Assembly (NCBI GenBank): GCA_018649885.1
Contig: JABIHA010000122.1
Location: 62,001 to 96,796, forward strand
Direction of reading: 5' to 3'
Origin: Bacteriovoracaceae bacterium
GTDB taxonomy: Bacteria > Bdellovibrionota > Bacteriovoracia > Bacteriovoracales > Bacteriovoracaceae
DNA length: 34,796 nt
This document shows, in pieces, positions 9,916 through 19,457 of the stretch. Made by a program: the position numbers and the translations under genes. Position 1 is the stretch's first letter, and every line of letters begins with the position of its first letter. Under the pieces are notes generated by a model. It made no database searches. It was not told the origin of the DNA and was given only the letters and a program-made list of their open reading frames with translations.

Positions 9916-12306
9916 TTAATCATCATCACTAGCTGTTCCACATTCCATAAAAACTGGAACATGGTCACTAACAACTTCTTTAAAAACTTTAAAAATATCT
10001 TTTGTAGATTGAGATTCATAAACTCTCGCTTGAAACTCAGTTTGAATTTTTTTCATGTGAGCATCTTTGTCTAACTGAAAGATCATTTTCTTAACAGCTT
10101 TTCTAGTAACTTTATGACTGACGACTAACTTCATCTCAATGGCCATTTTTTTCAACTTAAGTTTCTTTTCAAGCTTGCTATTAGCATCAATAAGCGCCTT
10201 GTAAGCGTCAACCAGGGCAGTATAGGCTTCTTTTTTAGGCTTCTCATCTTTTACCCAAGTTACTGAGGCCACTGTTTCAACCCATTCACTGTGGTCATCT
10301 ACTTTGGCCAATCTGCTTACCACTTCCTTTTCACCATAAATTTTCATATAGCTTTCAACTCTTGTCTTAATTTCATCAGCTGAAAGTCCTAGGTACTCTG
10401 TTAGACTATGTATGGGTGAGTTAACATCCATATAAGTAGCATCATCAACGAATGAATAAGGTTGGGCATTGACAGTATCAACACCATTTTCAGACTTCTT
10501 ACATTCTTTAGTATTGGTCAGATCTAATAGATAGTGATCGTAAGAGTTAGCAAGTCCATCTGGTCTTTCATCAGATTCATCAAGTTTTAAACTTGTCTGC
10601 TTTGTAAGAAAGATATTTGATCCCGGCATTTTATCTAAAACAATTGGCCAAAAATCAACACCTTGGATTTCATCATCTTGTCTCAGTTGAGACTGGATTC
10701 TTGAGATAGTATCAGCAGACAGGTCATATTCTTTTTCTAGAGTTTGCCTTGAAGTTGAGGCAACAAACTTTTTAAATTTCTCAGGAAAAAGCGTTTTGTT
10801 ATTATCTTGTAATGCTTTAATTACTTTAGGGTCAGCATATTCAGCTGCTGATAAAAAAGGTAATTTTTTAATGGTGTTAACGACTCTTTCAATTAGGAAA
10901 GGGGTCACATTGTAAGTCTTTGCACTTGCAACCCAATTCTTTTTGATAATAAACTCTTTATAGGTTTTATATTTCGTTACCTTGTCATTTTCTTCCATAA
11001 TTTTAATGATCGTTGGGTCTTTTAATTCTACTGCCGTCAAAAATGGGATATCTAAGTTAAAGTCTCCAACTAATATAATATCCTTTTCTACTTGGGCTTC
11101 TTCTTCCGAAGCGATGGCAGCACCTGTAATAGGACAAATAGAATGCGGAGCCTCTCTCATTTTTTGCATTTGCTCAACATAGAAGCGAGTCTCATAGTAA
11201 CGAGGAAGGTTAATAGTCCAATTAGCAACATAGTAACTTCTTCTTGCTTTAAGAAGTGGAAGAGAAAAAGTCAGTGCCTTTGTAATATCAGCCTCGCTAA
11301 CTTCATATTTTGTCCCATTTATATCGGCAAGGGTTCTCTCTTTTTCACTGAAAGTAATCGTATCATCGGTTTTCTTTTTTATGATTTTATCTAGAAGATT
11401 GCTATTGAGTATTGGCATCCCCAGACCTTCTGGATGAAAGACTGTATCTAGCATTTTATGAATGGCAACTAAACCTGGAGTTCTAAATCTTAAGTGTGTT
11501 GCCAGTAGAGTAAAGTCAAAGTTTCCACTTTTAAAACTTGCTGCAAAAGGAATTCTGGCAGTAAGCTCTTCTTGATCTAACGGCAATGAAAGAATACAGC
11601 CAGCGTTCAGAGGAACACCTTCTTCGGCGGTAGGCAAAACAGGTTCTCTCGTTTTTTCTTCGCCGTTAAAATGCTTAATAATTCCTTTTCTAGTAATAAG
11701 GTTTGCAAGAGCAACTGACTCACAATACTTAGTGGATTCAAGCTGAACCTTGCTCGATCTATAATAAATTGAAGTTAACTCATTTCTTTTACTTTGTTGG
11801 TAAGGAGTCATGATCATTGACCAACTGGGGTCTAACTTTCTTAGCTCAACTAGAAACTTGAGATAAGCTGGCATTTTATAGAGCCTCTTGGCCAGTTCCA
11901 TATTAAATTTGTAGCGCTCGCCCTTAGCAAGTAACTTGATCACTTTTTCGTTGTTAGTGGCATCATCGCCCACAACTCTTTTAATCTCTACGGCCCCAAT
12001 GACGTCCCACTGGTTAACCATTTTTGCATTAACGGCGAAATCTTTATACCTTGATTCGCCACTGCCAATTTCATAGATATTGTAACCGGCGACCTTTACA
12101 GGAGTCAGATCTTCAAGATCTGTCTTCACACCACTTGGGTAGACGTGAAAGAGATCGTTACAAACGGTCTTAATTTCTGTGAATTTTTGATTATTTTGAC
12201 ATTCTTCTAAACCACTTTCATCAAAGTTCTTATAGGCCATTGCGCTCATAGAAAGCGTAAGTCCTAAGATCAGAAAGTGGAGATATACAATCTTACCTAA
12301 TCTCAT
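9916..12306 (-). CDS. Secreted DNase I-like endonuclease/exonuclease/phosphatase (EEP) with large insertions
   Basis: Ordered EEP motifs: AGYNIYE, DVIGAVEI, NELTSIYYRS, RIPFAASFK...TLLATHL, ILVGDFN, NSYDHYLL, VSDHVPVF; signal peptide. Confidence 0.85.
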   Translation of the reverse strand: MRLGKIVYLHFLILGLTLSMSAMAYKNFDESGLEECQNNQKFTEIKTVCNDLFHVYPSGVKTDLEDLTPVKVAGYNIYEIGSGESRYKDFAVNAKMVNQWDVIGAVEIKRVVGDDATNNEKVIKLLAKGERYKFNMELAKRLYKMPAYLKFLVELRKLDPSWSMIMTPYQQSKRNELTSIYYRSSKVQLESTKYCESVALANLITRKGIIKHFNGEEKTREPVLPTAEEGVPLNAGCILSLPLDQEELTARIPFAASFKSGNFDFTLLATHLRFRTPGLVAIHKMLDTVFHPEGLGMPILNSNLLDKIIKKKTDDTITFSEKERTLADINGTKYEVSEADITKALTFSLPLLKARRSYYVANWTINLPRYYETRFYVEQMQKMREAPHSICPITGAAIASEEEAQVEKDIILVGDFNLDIPFLTAVELKDPTIIKIMEENDKVTKYKTYKEFIIKKNWVASAKTYNVTPFLIERVVNTIKKLPFLSAAEYADPKVIKALQDNNKTLFPEKFKKFVASTSRQTLEKEYDLSADTISRIQSQLRQDDEIQGVDFWPIVLDKMPGSNIFLTKQTSLKLDESDERPDGLANSYDHYLLDLTNTKECKKSENGVDTVNAQPYSFVDDATYMDVNSPIHSLTEYLGLSADEIKTRVESYMKIYGEKEVVSRLAKVDDHSEWVETVASVTWVKDEKPKKEAYTALVDAYKALIDANSKLEKKLKLKKMAIEMKLVVSHKVTRKAVKKMIFQLDKDAHMKKIQTEFQARVYESQSTKDIFKVFKEVVSDHVPVFMECGTASDDD

Positions 12307-12478
12307 AGCGGTACCTTTATGATGGTACCTCTGTATTTGTGTGCTAGCGGTTTATACAACATAAACTCCGGCATTGATTATTATTAAGGCCATTTGTAAC
12401 AATTATAAGAATTACAAAAATTAGCTGATAAAAATTAATTTATACCTGGAATTACATGTAAATTATACGTACTTTTAG

Positions 12479-13144
12479 TTACATTTTCTCTGTATTTACA
12501 CCAACTAAGCGCTCATAGAGAGCAAAGTATAGACAAGCGCTAAATGGAACACCTAGCACTGATAAAAGAACAATATATGGAGCTGAAGTAATCATCCCAA
12601 ACTCCATGAAGAAACTGGGAATGGTCCAAATTCCAGCGATCACATTAAAGCCCAATATTTTCATGAAAAATGGTCTCACCAAGTGAGCTGATCTCTCAAG
12701 GGATTCATAAACATCACACTGATAATCAAGGACCATAAAAAAGCATAGAGTGTAGAGATTAAAGATATAAATAAAAGGAATCACCAGTAAAATGAAAGCT
12801 ATGAAAAACCTTACATTTAGAACAATTGTCAAAAAGATCACATCAAAGGCCCTTTTAATTCCACCAAAAAAGACAGAAAAAGAGTAACCCGTCTTTTCAA
12901 CACGACTATGTTTTAAGGCAAAGAATAAGCCCGCAGACAATATGGGGGCCAAAATCAGTTGATAGGCCACATTTAGAGCAATATGAAGATTAGAAATCAT
13001 CTCAAGCAAGGTCACAATCACCATGAAAGGCAGAAATTTCAAGATATGCCGCTGATAAAGGGCCCATGCATCTTTTATAAGAACTTTTAAATGAAGGGAC
13101 TCAACTTCTGTTTCTATTTCCACATATTGATTATCGTGGAACAA
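12479..13144 (-). CDS. Integral membrane protein (DUF975-like, about 5 TM)
   Basis: Several hydrophobic helices; ESLERSAHLV motif typical of the family; overlaps the upstream gene by 14 bp. Confidence 0.65.
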   Translation of the reverse strand: MFHDNQYVEIETEVESLHLKVLIKDAWALYQRHILKFLPFMVIVTLLEMISNLHIALNVAYQLILAPILSAGLFFALKHSRVEKTGYSFSVFFGGIKRAFDVIFLTIVLNVRFFIAFILLVIPFIYIFNLYTLCFFMVLDYQCDVYESLERSAHLVRPFFMKILGFNVIAGIWTIPSFFMEFGMITSAPYIVLLSVLGVPFSACLYFALYERLVGVNTEKM

Positions 13145-14267
13145 CCATCTTTATGACAATAGGAAAGTGATCAGAAAAACCAGCTTTTGCACTTACTGTC
13201 GCACGATGATCATAACGATTAGGTGCTCCGACAACCTCAGAGCCAAAAAGGTAATCTTTTGGCCTGTCATACTTGAAAGTCTTAGTGATAAAGGCGGGTG
13301 TATAGATTTCGTAGGAGCTTAAAATAATATCCACACCCTTTCCATTTACTAGATTTGGGCTGACAAAAAATCTATCAAGTAGGCTCCACGTCATTCCCGG
13401 AGGGTAAAAATAGCTTCCTGGAGGCAGTGCCTTTTTCATATCTCGTGAAATAAACTCTGAGTACATAAAATAGGAATGAATATCCGTAAGTCCATTAGCT
13501 TTGGTAACAAGGCCATCCCAAAACGGATGAGGTCGGTCTTCAGGGACTGTATTAAAATCCCCTAAAATTATAGCAAAATTCTTATCTGATTTGAGAAACC
13601 TCTCAACCTCTTCTTTAACTTGCAAGGCCACACCATGGCGAACTTTTCCCGGAGCTGCCTGAGATGGCCAATGGTTAACAAAAACACCGAGAGTTCTACC
13701 CTTTCCCAGATCAAAGTGAGCTTCCAAAATATTCCTTGTGGGTTTAACACCAAAGGTTGGTCCCTCCATCACATGCTCTGTCATTTTAATAAATTTGAGC
13801 CCTTCTTTTTCGTTGTACAAAACGGCTACATCTATTCCACGCTTGTCTGGACTGGTGGTAATGGCATAATCTTTGTATCCAAGCTCAGCTGCCAACATGG
13901 CCAAAACATTTTCATTTTCAATTTCACTGACACCTAAAACATCGGGCAGAGTTTTTCTCTCTTTTAGTATGACACTTTTAATTTGTGAGAGTTTCATTTT
14001 AAGTTTTTCTGCACTCCAGTCAGACTCAAGGCAGGACTTTTGGTATCGTTTGGGATTATTTTTTGTGCAAGCACTGTGTTTGCCAGCAGCTCCTTTCGGA
14101 AGATAGCCCCAATCATTTTTTCCAGAATCATGAACAGTATCAAAGAGATTTTCCAGGTTGTAACTCATTATTTCGAGGCTTAAAACCCCTGAGCTAGCAC
14201 CCGCAAAACTGCAAACTGAAAAAGTAAGGGCCAATAAGGCCATCAAATATTGCTTTAAGTATTTCAT
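13131..14267 (-). CDS. Secreted EEP-family endonuclease/exonuclease/phosphatase
   Basis: IMSYNLENLFD, GVSEIEN, RGIDVAVLY, VNHWPS, LGDFN, LDRF, SDHFPI; start reassigned to ATG 14267 (MKYLKQ), which follows a GGAGGT RBS and begins a signal peptide. Confidence 0.9.
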   Translation of the reverse strand: MKYLKQYLMALLALTFSVCSFAGASSGVLSLEIMSYNLENLFDTVHDSGKNDWGYLPKGAAGKHSACTKNNPKRYQKSCLESDWSAEKLKMKLSQIKSVILKERKTLPDVLGVSEIENENVLAMLAAELGYKDYAITTSPDKRGIDVAVLYNEKEGLKFIKMTEHVMEGPTFGVKPTRNILEAHFDLGKGRTLGVFVNHWPSQAAPGKVRHGVALQVKEEVERFLKSDKNFAIILGDFNTVPEDRPHPFWDGLVTKANGLTDIHSYFMYSEFISRDMKKALPPGSYFYPPGMTWSLLDRFFVSPNLVNGKGVDIILSSYEIYTPAFITKTFKYDRPKDYLFGSEVVGAPNRYDHRATVSAKAGFSDHFPIVIKMVVPR

Positions 14268-14436
14268 TACGAGAACACCTCCGTACACGTATAAAACTTA
14301 GCCAAACTAATATTACTTATTAGACAAATTAATACAAGTCTTTAATAAAAGGTTAACTGACTCTCAACGAAACCATCATTTTCACTTTAATAGCGCTAAG
14401 CAAACATATTGATTTTATGAAAAAAATGCTGCAGTT

Positions 14437-15261
14437 TTACCAATTATTTCTGAGGCTACGAAGCGTTACAAAAAGCTCCTCATCACTTTCAAAAGGTGTG
14501 GTCCGTTTAGATATTTTTTGAACAGAAGTGCTTACGCTATCAAGATGAGTTCGAAAAAAAGTGTTCACCCCTCTTTCCTCACCAATGGTAGAGACTAGAA
14601 AACCTTTTTGCTCACCATCCCAGTCAACGCTTTCACATTTAGATAAAAGTTCACGGGCCTTGAGGTTTTCGCTCTCAATATGGAGCGTGAAATTCAAATT
14701 ATTTTCAAAATATTCATGGCCTGGATAAATCAAAATGCCATCATCAAGAGTCTTGAATTTGTTAAAAATAGTCTGACACAAAACTCTCGGATCTCCGCCA
14801 TTTCCACAGTTACCTACTCCAGCATTAAAGAGAGTATCTCCAGTGAATACAGCGCATGCTCTATTTTTAGTAGAGGCCAAGAGGCAGAGATGAGCAAAGG
14901 TGTGACCAGGGGTATCTAGTACCTCTAAATACTCCTCATCTCCCAGATCCAAACGGTCCCCAGCTTTTAAATATTGATCCACTGGAAATTTTCCTGCTGC
15001 ATTTTCGTGGGCGTAAATAGATGCCCCTGTTTCCTTTTTTAGAGCTTCATTTCCTTGAATATGATCCCAATGCTCATGGGTATTCACTATTTTTTTGAGC
15101 ACTAGCCCCAACTCACCCAACCTGGTGCAAACCATTTCACTACTAAAGGGATCGAGGCAGATTGCCTCTTTAGATGCTTCGCTCCAAATAATATAAGAGA
15201 AGTTTCTAAGGGAATTACCTACAAAAAGTTGCTCAATCTTCACAATGTTTTCCTTACTCAT
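14437..15261 (-). CDS. gloB: Hydroxyacylglutathione hydrolase (glyoxalase II, metallo-beta-lactamase fold)
   Basis: THEHWDH, TPGHT, FTGDTLF, YPGHEY motifs and C-terminal STIGEERGVNTFFR ... LRSLRNNW. Confidence 0.85.
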   Translation of the reverse strand: MSKENIVKIEQLFVGNSLRNFSYIIWSEASKEAICLDPFSSEMVCTRLGELGLVLKKIVNTHEHWDHIQGNEALKKETGASIYAHENAAGKFPVDQYLKAGDRLDLGDEEYLEVLDTPGHTFAHLCLLASTKNRACAVFTGDTLFNAGVGNCGNGGDPRVLCQTIFNKFKTLDDGILIYPGHEYFENNLNFTLHIESENLKARELLSKCESVDWDGEQKGFLVSTIGEERGVNTFFRTHLDSVSTSVQKISKRTTPFESDEELFVTLRSLRNNW

Positions 15262-15347
15262 GATTCATGGTATTAATATTCTAATAGATCCTCTCATAAA
15301 TTAGATACTACTAAAATGAGGAGATTTATTTAAAGAAAGGAAGAACT

Positions 15348-16598
15348 GTGGACCAGTATATTAGATATGCATTTTATACACTTTTGAGTTTTAAAACTCT
15401 GACGAGTTTCTATCTCAATTTCAGAAATACTCAATATGTTTTGAGGCACCGTGACCAGGTTCCCGAAAACTTTAAAGATATGATCACATTAGAAGAGCAT
15501 CAAAAAGCAGCCGATTACACAATCGAAAAGGCGATCTGGGGTAGAGTTTGCTATCTTGTCGATTTAGTCTTGCTGCTCGCATGGATTGGTGGTGGTCTGA
15601 GCCTTTTAGACGAAACAGTCAGAGGCTTTGGGATTCAAAATGAAATTTTAGTGGGTCTTAGTTTCTTTGGCCTTCTCTCACTAATTTCCATGATCATCAA
15701 TATGCCAATGTCTCTATATAGTACCTTTGTCATAGAAGAGAAATTTGGCTTTAATAAAATGACTATTAAAATGTATTTCATCGATTCTCTAAAACAAATG
15801 GCGCTAGGGCTGGTTTTAGGGGTTCCTCTACTTTGTTTGATTCTCTGGCTAATGCTAAAACTTGAATCAACCTGGTGGATTTGGGCCTTTGTCTCTATGA
15901 CTTCTTTTCAAATAATTTTAATGTGGATTTACCCCACTTTGCTAGCACCTCTATTCAACAAATTTACCCCTCTTGAAGAAGGTGAGTTAAAAGGAAGAAT
16001 TGAAGGGCTCCTTGAAAAAATCAACTTGAAGTTCAAAGGTATTTTGGTAATGGATGCCTCTAAAAGATCTGCCCATGGTAATGCTTACTTTACAGGTTTT
16101 GGGGCCAATAAAAGAATTGTCTTTTTTGATACTCTTTTGAATCAATTATCACCGAGTGAAGCAGAAGCAGTACTCGCTCATGAGTTGGGACACTTCAAAC
16201 ACAAGCATATCCTTAAATCTATAGTGATCTCAATTCTTGGAAGCCTTTTAGCCTTTTATATCCTAGGCCTTCTCTATCACTGGCAACCATTCTACCAAGG
16301 CCACGGTGTTAATCACATTTCGAGCTATATGGGCCTAGCCCTTTTTAGCATGGTTAGTGGAGTTTATACATTTTGGACAACTCCAATTTTTACATGGCTA
16401 TCAAGAAAAAATGAGTTTGAAGCTGATCGCTTTGCTGCCAAGTATTCTTCTGCGGATCAACTGATCGGCTCTTTAATTAAACTCTATAAAGAAAATGCTT
16501 CTACACTCACACCTGATCCCGTATTTAGTGCCTACTATCATTCTCATCCTCCAGCTAGCATCAGAATTAAAACTCTAGAAAAATTAGGAGATACCTAA
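15348..16598 (+). CDS. Ste24-type M48 zinc metallopeptidase
   Basis: GNAYFTGFG..KRIVFFDTL, HELGH, EFEADRFA, HSHPP; multiple TM helices. Confidence 0.93.
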   Translation: MDQYIRYAFYTLLSFKTLTSFYLNFRNTQYVLRHRDQVPENFKDMITLEEHQKAADYTIEKAIWGRVCYLVDLVLLLAWIGGGLSLLDETVRGFGIQNEILVGLSFFGLLSLISMIINMPMSLYSTFVIEEKFGFNKMTIKMYFIDSLKQMALGLVLGVPLLCLILWLMLKLESTWWIWAFVSMTSFQIILMWIYPTLLAPLFNKFTPLEEGELKGRIEGLLEKINLKFKGILVMDASKRSAHGNAYFTGFGANKRIVFFDTLLNQLSPSEAEAVLAHELGHFKHKHILKSIVISILGSLLAFYILGLLYHWQPFYQGHGVNHISSYMGLALFSMVSGVYTFWTTPIFTWLSRKNEFEADRFAAKYSSADQLIGSLIKLYKENASTLTPDPVFSAYYHSHPPASIRIKTLEKLGDT

Positions 16599-17506
16599 TG
16601 CCTTGTTTTGACGAATTCTTAATCTCTATAAATGGAAAGGAGGCCACTACCGAGGGCCCCCATATTTCAGTTTTTGATAGAGGATTTCTATTTGGTGATT
16701 CTGTCTACGAAGTTGCTTGCTCTTATGACGGCGTCTATTTTACACTAACTGATCACATTGAAAGGCTTTGGAACTCTTGTCGTCTCCTCGGGATTCATCC
16801 AACTCAATCAACTGAAGAAATTATCCAGTGGTCAATTGATTTACTTAAGAAGACTAATAAGGAAAAAATCTATTTAAGAACTATACTAACCAGAGGACTC
16901 AGCCTACCCGATATAAAAGTTCCTGAGTCCTACACAACAAATGTCATTATGATGGCAAGACCCCTGAAAGATTATCCTGACTGGTGGCATAGTGATGGAA
17001 TTAGCCTAGTGACCTCCACACTCCATAGAAACCCTAAATCATCAGTTGACCCCAATGCCAAGTCAGGTAATTACCTCAATAATATTCTAGCTGTAGAGCA
17101 GGCCCAAAAAGCAGGCGCAGTGGATAGTATTATGATGAACAAAGAAGGAAAGCTGACAGAGGGAACAACTTTTAATATTTGGTTTGTAAAAGATGGAAAG
17201 CTCCATACTCCCAAATCAAATGTGGGACTATTGACTGGGATTACCAGAAAAATTCTCTTAGAGCTTTGCAAGGAAAACACAATTGATTTGATCGAGGGTG
17301 AATTTATCCGCACTGATTTAGATGGTGTTGATGAAATGTTTATCACCAGTTCGACTAAAGAGATTGTGCCAGTTTCAAGTCTTGACGGTGTAAGTATCGG
17401 AGATGGAAAACCAGGGCCTGTGTATAAAAAAATGTTTCAATATTACATAGACCATGTCAAAGCTCAAATCCAAGGTGCTAAGTCCAAAGGACTTTTGTAC
17501 ACCTAA
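16598..17506 (+). CDS. PLP-dependent class IV aminotransferase (D-amino acid/branched-chain type)
   Basis: DRGFLFGDSVYE, HIERL, KSGNYL (catalytic Lys), EGT, LLTGITR; TAATG overlap with the M48 gene. Confidence 0.9.
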   Translation: MPCFDEFLISINGKEATTEGPHISVFDRGFLFGDSVYEVACSYDGVYFTLTDHIERLWNSCRLLGIHPTQSTEEIIQWSIDLLKKTNKEKIYLRTILTRGLSLPDIKVPESYTTNVIMMARPLKDYPDWWHSDGISLVTSTLHRNPKSSVDPNAKSGNYLNNILAVEQAQKAGAVDSIMMNKEGKLTEGTTFNIWFVKDGKLHTPKSNVGLLTGITRKILLELCKENTIDLIEGEFIRTDLDGVDEMFITSSTKEIVPVSSLDGVSIGDGKPGPVYKKMFQYYIDHVKAQIQGAKSKGLLYT

Positions 17507-17610
17507 GTAAGAATAAAATAATCTAGTCTGACGTTAGCAATAGTGAATATGCTTGGGGAAATCTCCAAAGAGACCATGCCATATAATTTCTCTTTTAATG
17601 ATTATATAAC

Positions 17611-17715
17611 TATACTGATTCCAGTTTGGATTTCAAGTGAGTGGATAACGAAGAAGGCGTGTAGCACACTCCGATGAGGAATACGCCACTTGAAATCCAA
17701 ACTGGGATCAGTATA
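17611..17715. repeat. 105-bp ERIC-like miniature inverted-repeat element
   Basis: 29-bp arms 17611-17639 (TATACTGATTCCAGTTTGGATTTCAAGTG) and 17687-17715 (CACTTGAAATCCAAACTGGGATCAGTATA), one G-T mismatch, 47-nt spacer; TATAC...GTATA termini. Confidence 0.8.
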
Positions 17716-17803
17716 AGTTAGAAAAAGTAAGACGATCCTCTATATACAGGCCATTTTTTTTTGTTGTAGCATGATGCACGCGCTACTTATCACGAAGGAA
17801 TTT

Positions 17804-18063
17804 ATGAAGCACATTTTTATTATGTTGTTTATTTGCCTATCATCTTCAGCATTTGCCCACCAAATAGAATGCAAGGGGCAACTATCATATAGATAGCTAA
17901 CTCTAAAAAAATGAAAAATAGATATGAGGTCATTTTACATGCAAATAGCTATGAAGCTTTTTCAATTATTGGTGATCTCTCTTCGAAAACACATATTGAA
18001 TTTAAGTCAAAAAATTATCGTTCCGGGTCAGCGATGGGATTGATCTGCAAGGACTCACTTTGA
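17804..18063 (+). pseudogene. Frameshifted small secreted protein gene (about 86 aa if repaired)
   Basis: AAGGA RBS + MKHIFIMLFICLSSSAFAHQIECKGQLSYR* (stop 17894-96); the adjacent frame is open 17893-18063 (IANSKKMKNRYEVILHANSYEAF...MGLICKDSL*). Confidence 0.6.
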
Positions 18064-18082
18064 AACTTTGCCAACTAAATTC

Positions 18083-18940
18083 CTAGGCAAATATGTCTTC
18101 AGGCGAAAGAGATTTTACTAAGAAATCCATATAGGGTCTTTTATACTCTTTAACTTCGTTATGCAGCTCGTGGAAGGCTCCGTCTACTTCAAAAACTTGG
18201 GTGTTCTTTTCAAGATCTCTAAAGAATGTTTTTGTTGCACCTGCGCTACAAACTGGGTCGTTGCTTCCATAAGCACAAAATGAAGGGCACTTGATTCTCA
18301 AAGGTCTACTGAACACTCTCGCAGAACGACTAACAAGACCTAGAGCAAGCTTTGTATGCATACTTAAACAGTTAAGAGGATCCTTTTTGTAATCTTCTGC
18401 AACTCGAGGATCGTGTGATAGACCGGCCACATCTACTAATCCTTTGAGATCTAGAGAAAAAGGAACCCCTGCAAGTGCCTCGGTAATTTTCGGTGAAACA
18501 TACTTCATCACCATGCCGCCTGGTCCGGGTAAGCCGATAGGAGGAGCACTTAGGAAAACCTTCTCTGGATAACATTCATCATCTGAAAAATTTTGAATAA
18601 AATCGGCGGTAACTAGGCCACCCATACTATGGCCAAAGAGCACATACTTCTCCATTTTATAATTCTTTTTAAGATGATAAATTATCTCGCCCAAGTCTTT
18701 GGCATAGTCTTCAAATTTTCCTACAAAGGCCCTTTTGCCCTCACTTTGACCATGGCCTCGGAGGTCATAAAACAAGATGTTGTAATTGCTTTTGAAAAGC
18801 TCTACTAAATACTTATGTCGACCCAGATGCTCCCCGACGCCATGGGTTGCAATGATCCACCTTGGTTTCCCATGCTCGATTATCTCCAGATGGAGGGACA
18901 GACCGTCGCGGATTTTTAGCTTCTCTGAATCTGTGTACAT
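18083..18940 (-). CDS. Alpha/beta hydrolase, lysophospholipase/monoglyceride lipase family
   Basis: HGVGEH, DLRGHG, GHSMGG nucleophile elbow, D in GSNDP, FHELHNE. Confidence 0.9.
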   Translation of the reverse strand: MYTDSEKLKIRDGLSLHLEIIEHGKPRWIIATHGVGEHLGRHKYLVELFKSNYNILFYDLRGHGQSEGKRAFVGKFEDYAKDLGEIIYHLKKNYKMEKYVLFGHSMGGLVTADFIQNFSDDECYPEKVFLSAPPIGLPGPGGMVMKYVSPKITEALAGVPFSLDLKGLVDVAGLSHDPRVAEDYKKDPLNCLSMHTKLALGLVSRSARVFSRPLRIKCPSFCAYGSNDPVCSAGATKTFFRDLEKNTQVFEVDGAFHELHNEVKEYKRPYMDFLVKSLSPEDIFA

Positions 18941-19041
18941 GGACTTTTCCTTAATTTTCGAGGTTTAGGCATTTGATCTCACAATAAAGTCATCGTATTA
19001 TAACTTAACTAAGTTGTAATTATCTAAGGAAAAGGCTCCAC

Positions 19042-19419
19042 ATGCCAATGTATTGCCCAGTGTGTCTATCAGAGACTTTGAAGATTACGTCCTCAGGTGT
19101 CATTAATTTGGCCATCAATGGAAAACAGATGGACACGGGAAGGTATCTTTTCAGCATCCCAGAGCAAGTGAAGGGTGAGCTAAGGACAAATCTCAGAAAA
19201 AAAGTTGAAGAATTCTTTAGGTGGCTTGGAGGTTTCCAAAATAAAGCACCCATCACCGAATTCTTACTTTTTACCAGTAATGTTGCATGCACCAAGGGGT
19301 GTAAGGTTCCAATGGGTTCGAAATTCACTGTGGTAGGTATTATTTACACAGAAAAAGAGGTTGCAGAGCTAATAGAAGAGATGGGCAAAAAGCACAATAT
19401 TCAAATCGATTTAGGTTGA
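19042..19419 (+). CDS. Small hypothetical protein, possibly Zn-binding
   Basis: CPVC near the N-terminus and CTKGC; 125 aa. Confidence 0.7.
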   Translation: MPMYCPVCLSETLKITSSGVINLAINGKQMDTGRYLFSIPEQVKGELRTNLRKKVEEFFRWLGGFQNKAPITEFLLFTSNVACTKGCKVPMGSKFTVVGIIYTEKEVAELIEEMGKKHNIQIDLG

Positions 19420-19457
19420 GTATAACTCCTTCAAGAATTCTAAAAAGGAGTATATTT

